Below, piece after piece: positions 60,829 through 64,000 of a DNA stretch of 64,000 bases (positions within the stretch are counted from its first letter, which is position 1; each line of letters opens with the position of its first letter). Made by a program: the position numbers and the translations under genes. Location of the stretch: the NCBI GenBank assembly GCA_030390025.1, contig CM059440.1, positions 52,700,001-52,764,000 of the forward strand, given 5' to 3'. The stretch comes from Squalus acanthias. Its lineage: Eukaryota. The notes under the pieces are model-generated. The model searched no databases and was not told where the DNA came from. It was given only the letters and a program-made list of their open reading frames with translations.

Positions 60829-61342
60829 CTGCAACAGGAAACTTGCCATTTAATAACTCTCAGGTGGTAAGATGCTTCTTGCCAGTAAGTAAATACTTTA
60901 AACGTTAAAATGAGAACAGATCATTTAGAGCTTAGGAGGAGGAGGGGATTGGAATAGGGGAATTTCAGTGTCAGTGTGCAAGCTGAAAATCCAAGAAACC
61001 AGTCGGCCCCCACAGAGATTCCCAATTCTCCAGACCTGCCAGCAGTTAGGGTTAATGGTCAACATATCAGATTGTTCAGGCTTCATTACTGTACCTACCC
61101 AATTGATCGAATCTTAAAATTAATTCTGTCCACATGAATCACTTTCATCTCCTAAAAAAGAGAAACTCAAGAATGTCAGAGCAGCAACTTTAAAATACTC
61201 AACACATTAGTAAAATTAAAAAGCGAGAATTCCTGACAATGTGTACCAAATTTGGTGTCGAAATTGTACATTAGTTTGACCCATGTAGTAGAAACACTTA
61301 CAAAATAAACCATGGCTATATTGAGGCTGGTTGAATGATTTG

Positions 61343-61744
61343 AAAATTCTCATCCTTGTTTTCAAATCCCTCCATGGCCTCGCCCTTCCCTATCTCTGTA
61401 ATCTCCTCCAGCCACCCCCCCACCCCTCCGAAATATCTGCGCTCCTCTAATTCTGGCCTCTTGAGCATCCCTGATTATAATCGCTCAACCATTGGTGGCT
61501 GTGCCTTCTGTTGCCTAGGCCCTAAGCTCTGGAATTCCCTCCCTAAACCTGTCTGCCTCGCTACCTCTCTTTCCTCCTTTAAGACACTTCTTAAAACCTA
61601 CCTCTTTGACCAAGCTTTTGGTCACCTGCCTTAATTTATCCTTATGTGGATCGGTGACAAATTTTTTGTCTTACAATACTCCTGTGCAGCGCCTTGGGAC
61701 GTTTTACTATGTTAAAGGCGCTATATAAATACAAGTTGTTGTTG
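61343..61744 (+). mobile_element. L2 3' fragment
   Basis: GPKLWNSLP..SSFKTLLKTYLFDQAFG; L2 tail. Confidence 0.82.
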
Positions 61745-62549
61745 CAATGGTTCACACTGAAAGGAGGATTTTTTTTAAAATTATGGTAGCTCCCCTGATG
61801 GTTAAGTTGATCAAATCAATAACCAGATCAGGAAGGTTCGAGATTCCAGCCCCAGTCTGTACCGAGTTAGCTAATCGTAGACAGGGCAGCAGGTCGGGTA
61901 CGAGTGGCCTCTACACCCCAGATTAGGGAAGGTAAAATTGTTCCAGATTGCCAGCCAGCAGCCTCTGCTTGGGGTGCATATGTGTGAACATCAGCTGAAG
62001 ATAGAACAGAGGTCAACTGTGATGTCCCCACTGCTGAATAAGCTGCCAACACTAAGCTTACACAAGAATGGTTACTGAAGGTACCCACACAACTGCACTC
62101 GAGCAACGAGGCAGCATCTTTAGGAGAGAAAAATCAGAGGAAAAAATCTTTACAAGCTAACTCTTATGCCACGTTAATGGCATGGTGGGCCAATATCCCA
62201 ACATGGTATGTTAGAGTGCCAAGGTGCAGGTTCATGGATGTGATTTCTCGCACAGCAAGCGATCAAATTTAGCTAGGCTAATAGAGAAGTGTTTTAATGT
62301 GAAGGGGAAGAGAGAGGAATAGTAGCTCTTTCAGAACAGTACACTTATTTTTCTTCACAGAAACTACGTGCCTCACAGCCAAAAATTAAAGCCAACATCT
62401 AAAATTTAAAATATTCATCCTTGTGTTTGAATCCTTTAGTGGCCTCAGCTCCATCTCTGTAACCTCCTCCAGTCCTACAACCCCACCAACTCCATTCCTC
62501 TGACGATGGCCTCTTGTGCATCCCACTCCACCCCACCATTGGTGGCCAT

Positions 62550-62714
62550 CAACGTTCCCTCTAAGCTGCTCGGCCGCGCAGCTGTCTGCTGGTCCCGCGC
62601 AACCCGGGACCGGCTTTTCCAATGTGAAATTTTGCACATGCGTGAAACTTTGAATGGGCCGCACAGCCCGTTAAAGGGACCATGCACCCAAATTTTAAAT
62701 TAGGGGGAACATTG
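62550..62714. mobile_element. hAT-type MITE inserted in an L2
   Basis: TIRs CAACGTTCCCTCTAA / TTAGGGGGAACATTG; perfect 8-bp TSD GTGGCCAT. Confidence 0.85.
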
Positions 62715-63260
62715 GTGGCCATACATCAGGTGCCTGGTACTCTCAGAAAAAAAAAATAGAAAAATAGGAGCAGGAGTAGGCCATTCAATATGATCATGGC
62801 TGATCCTCTATCTCAATACCATATTCCCGCTCTCTCCCCATACCCCTTGATGCCTTTTGTGTCTAGAAATCTATCCATCTCCTTCTTTAAATATATTCAG
62901 TGACTTGGCCTCCACACACTCTGAAATTCCATCTCTAAACCCTCCACCTCGTCATCCCCCTCTCTTCCTTAAAATCCACATCTTTGACCAGACTTTTGAT
63001 TATCCTGCCTAATCTCTTTCTTTGGTTTGGCGCTTGTTATTCCTCATGTTGCTGAAGCACCTTGGGATGTTAGTCTATGTTAGAGCTGTTATATAAATGC
63101 AAGTTGCTGTTTTTCTACACTCGCAGTACTTGTTAAATAGCACTTTCTTTTTCTTCCTTTAATTTTCTCTTTGCCTTTACTGGGTATCCTCCTACTCCTG
63201 CTCCTATCTTCTATGTTTCTATACCAAGTGGCTATTTTACCACGGAACTTAAGACAGTTA

Positions 63261-63420
63261 AGGGGTCATTTTAGCCTAACCCAGCGGGAAATTGCTGGGA
63301 CAGGGTTGGCCAGCCATTTTAGGCCCTGCCTGATTTTACTCGCCATTGGAGAGCAAAACCAGGTGGTTGACCCAATCCGGTCAATTTCCCGCTGGGCGCA
63401 TTAGGTTAAAAATGACCCCT
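63261..63420. mobile_element. Short MITE with long imperfect TIRs (Harbinger-like)
   Basis: AGGGGTCATTTTAGCCTAA-CCCAGCGGGAAATTG vs CAATTTCCCGCTGGG..TTAGGTTAAAAATGACCCCT. Confidence 0.7.
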
Positions 63421-63619
63421 GATCATTAACTGTAGGGTCCTCAGTGAGCCTAATCTCGTCATCTTAATTAGCTGAACTATTGAGTGAGCAAATCCAATTT
63501 CCTTGGAAAGCATGTTATATTGGCAAGTCTTGCGGAGAGGCTGGGTTATCATCATGCCCTTTAGAACAAAGTCCGAGGAAGCTGAAGTAGACAGTCATTA
63601 GTACAACAACAACTTGTAT

Positions 63620-63905
63620 TGATTTGAAAACAAGGATGAGAATTTTGAAATCGAGGCATTGCTTAACCGGGAGCCAATGTAGGTCAGCGAGCACAGGGGT
63701 GATGGGCAAACGGGACTTGGTGCGAGTTAGGACACGGGCAGCCGAGTTTTGGATGACCTCAAGTTTAGGTAGGGTAGAATGTGTGTGGGGGGGGGGGGGG
63801 GGGGGGCCAGCCAGGAGTGCGTTGGAATAGTCGAGTCTAGAGGTAACAAAGGCATGGATGAGGGTTTCAGCAGCGGATGAGCTGAGGCAAGGGCGGAGAT
63901 GGGCC
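63620..63905 (-). mobile_element. L2 fragment
   Basis: AETLIHAFVTSRLDYSNALL..LADLHWLPVKQ. Confidence 0.8.
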
Positions 63906-64000
63906 AAAGTACAGTACCATGTGAAATTATTGGCCAAGTCTGTTGGCACCAACACATGTAAAACATAAGCTCATCCTGGAATGCCACAGTTCCACAAGCC

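Overview
Repeat-dense vertebrate genomic DNA, almost certainly from a cartilaginous fish (shark-type CR1, L2, Deu-domain SINE and Penelope repeats). Host content: (i) a five-exon B7-family gene on + (non-coding exon 1 behind a CRE-rich CpG promoter, signal peptide, IgV, cysteine-less IgC, TM with a central Glu and a short tail; ~17.5-26.3 kb) with a 1-nt frameshift in a G-run of the IgV exon; (ii) a canonical tRNA-Gln(CTG) gene; (iii) a probable terminal exon/3'UTR of an unidentified minus-strand gene (~58.4-60.8 kb). The most unusual element is an ~8.0-kb endogenous retrovirus (43447-51447) inserted into a CR1 LINE: 5-bp TSD, tRNA-Ser PBS, tether plus RNase H pol, gag/protease largely replaced by AT-rich sequence, a decayed env with two furin sites, an N-terminal EGF-pattern Cys module and a long paramyxo/pneumovirus-F-like TM ectodomain (lokiretrovirus/SnRV-like), and a small membrane-protein ORF between env and the 3' LTR. 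Also present: a near-complete Penelope element with minimal hammerhead ribozymes, a Harbinger transposon with a Myb/SANT remnant split by a CR1, PIF/Harbinger- and hAT-type MITEs with TSDs, a solo LTR in a three-level nest, and many CR1/L2/SINE fragments. All family assignments are from motif recognition only, with no database searches; repeat boundaries without TSDs are approximate.
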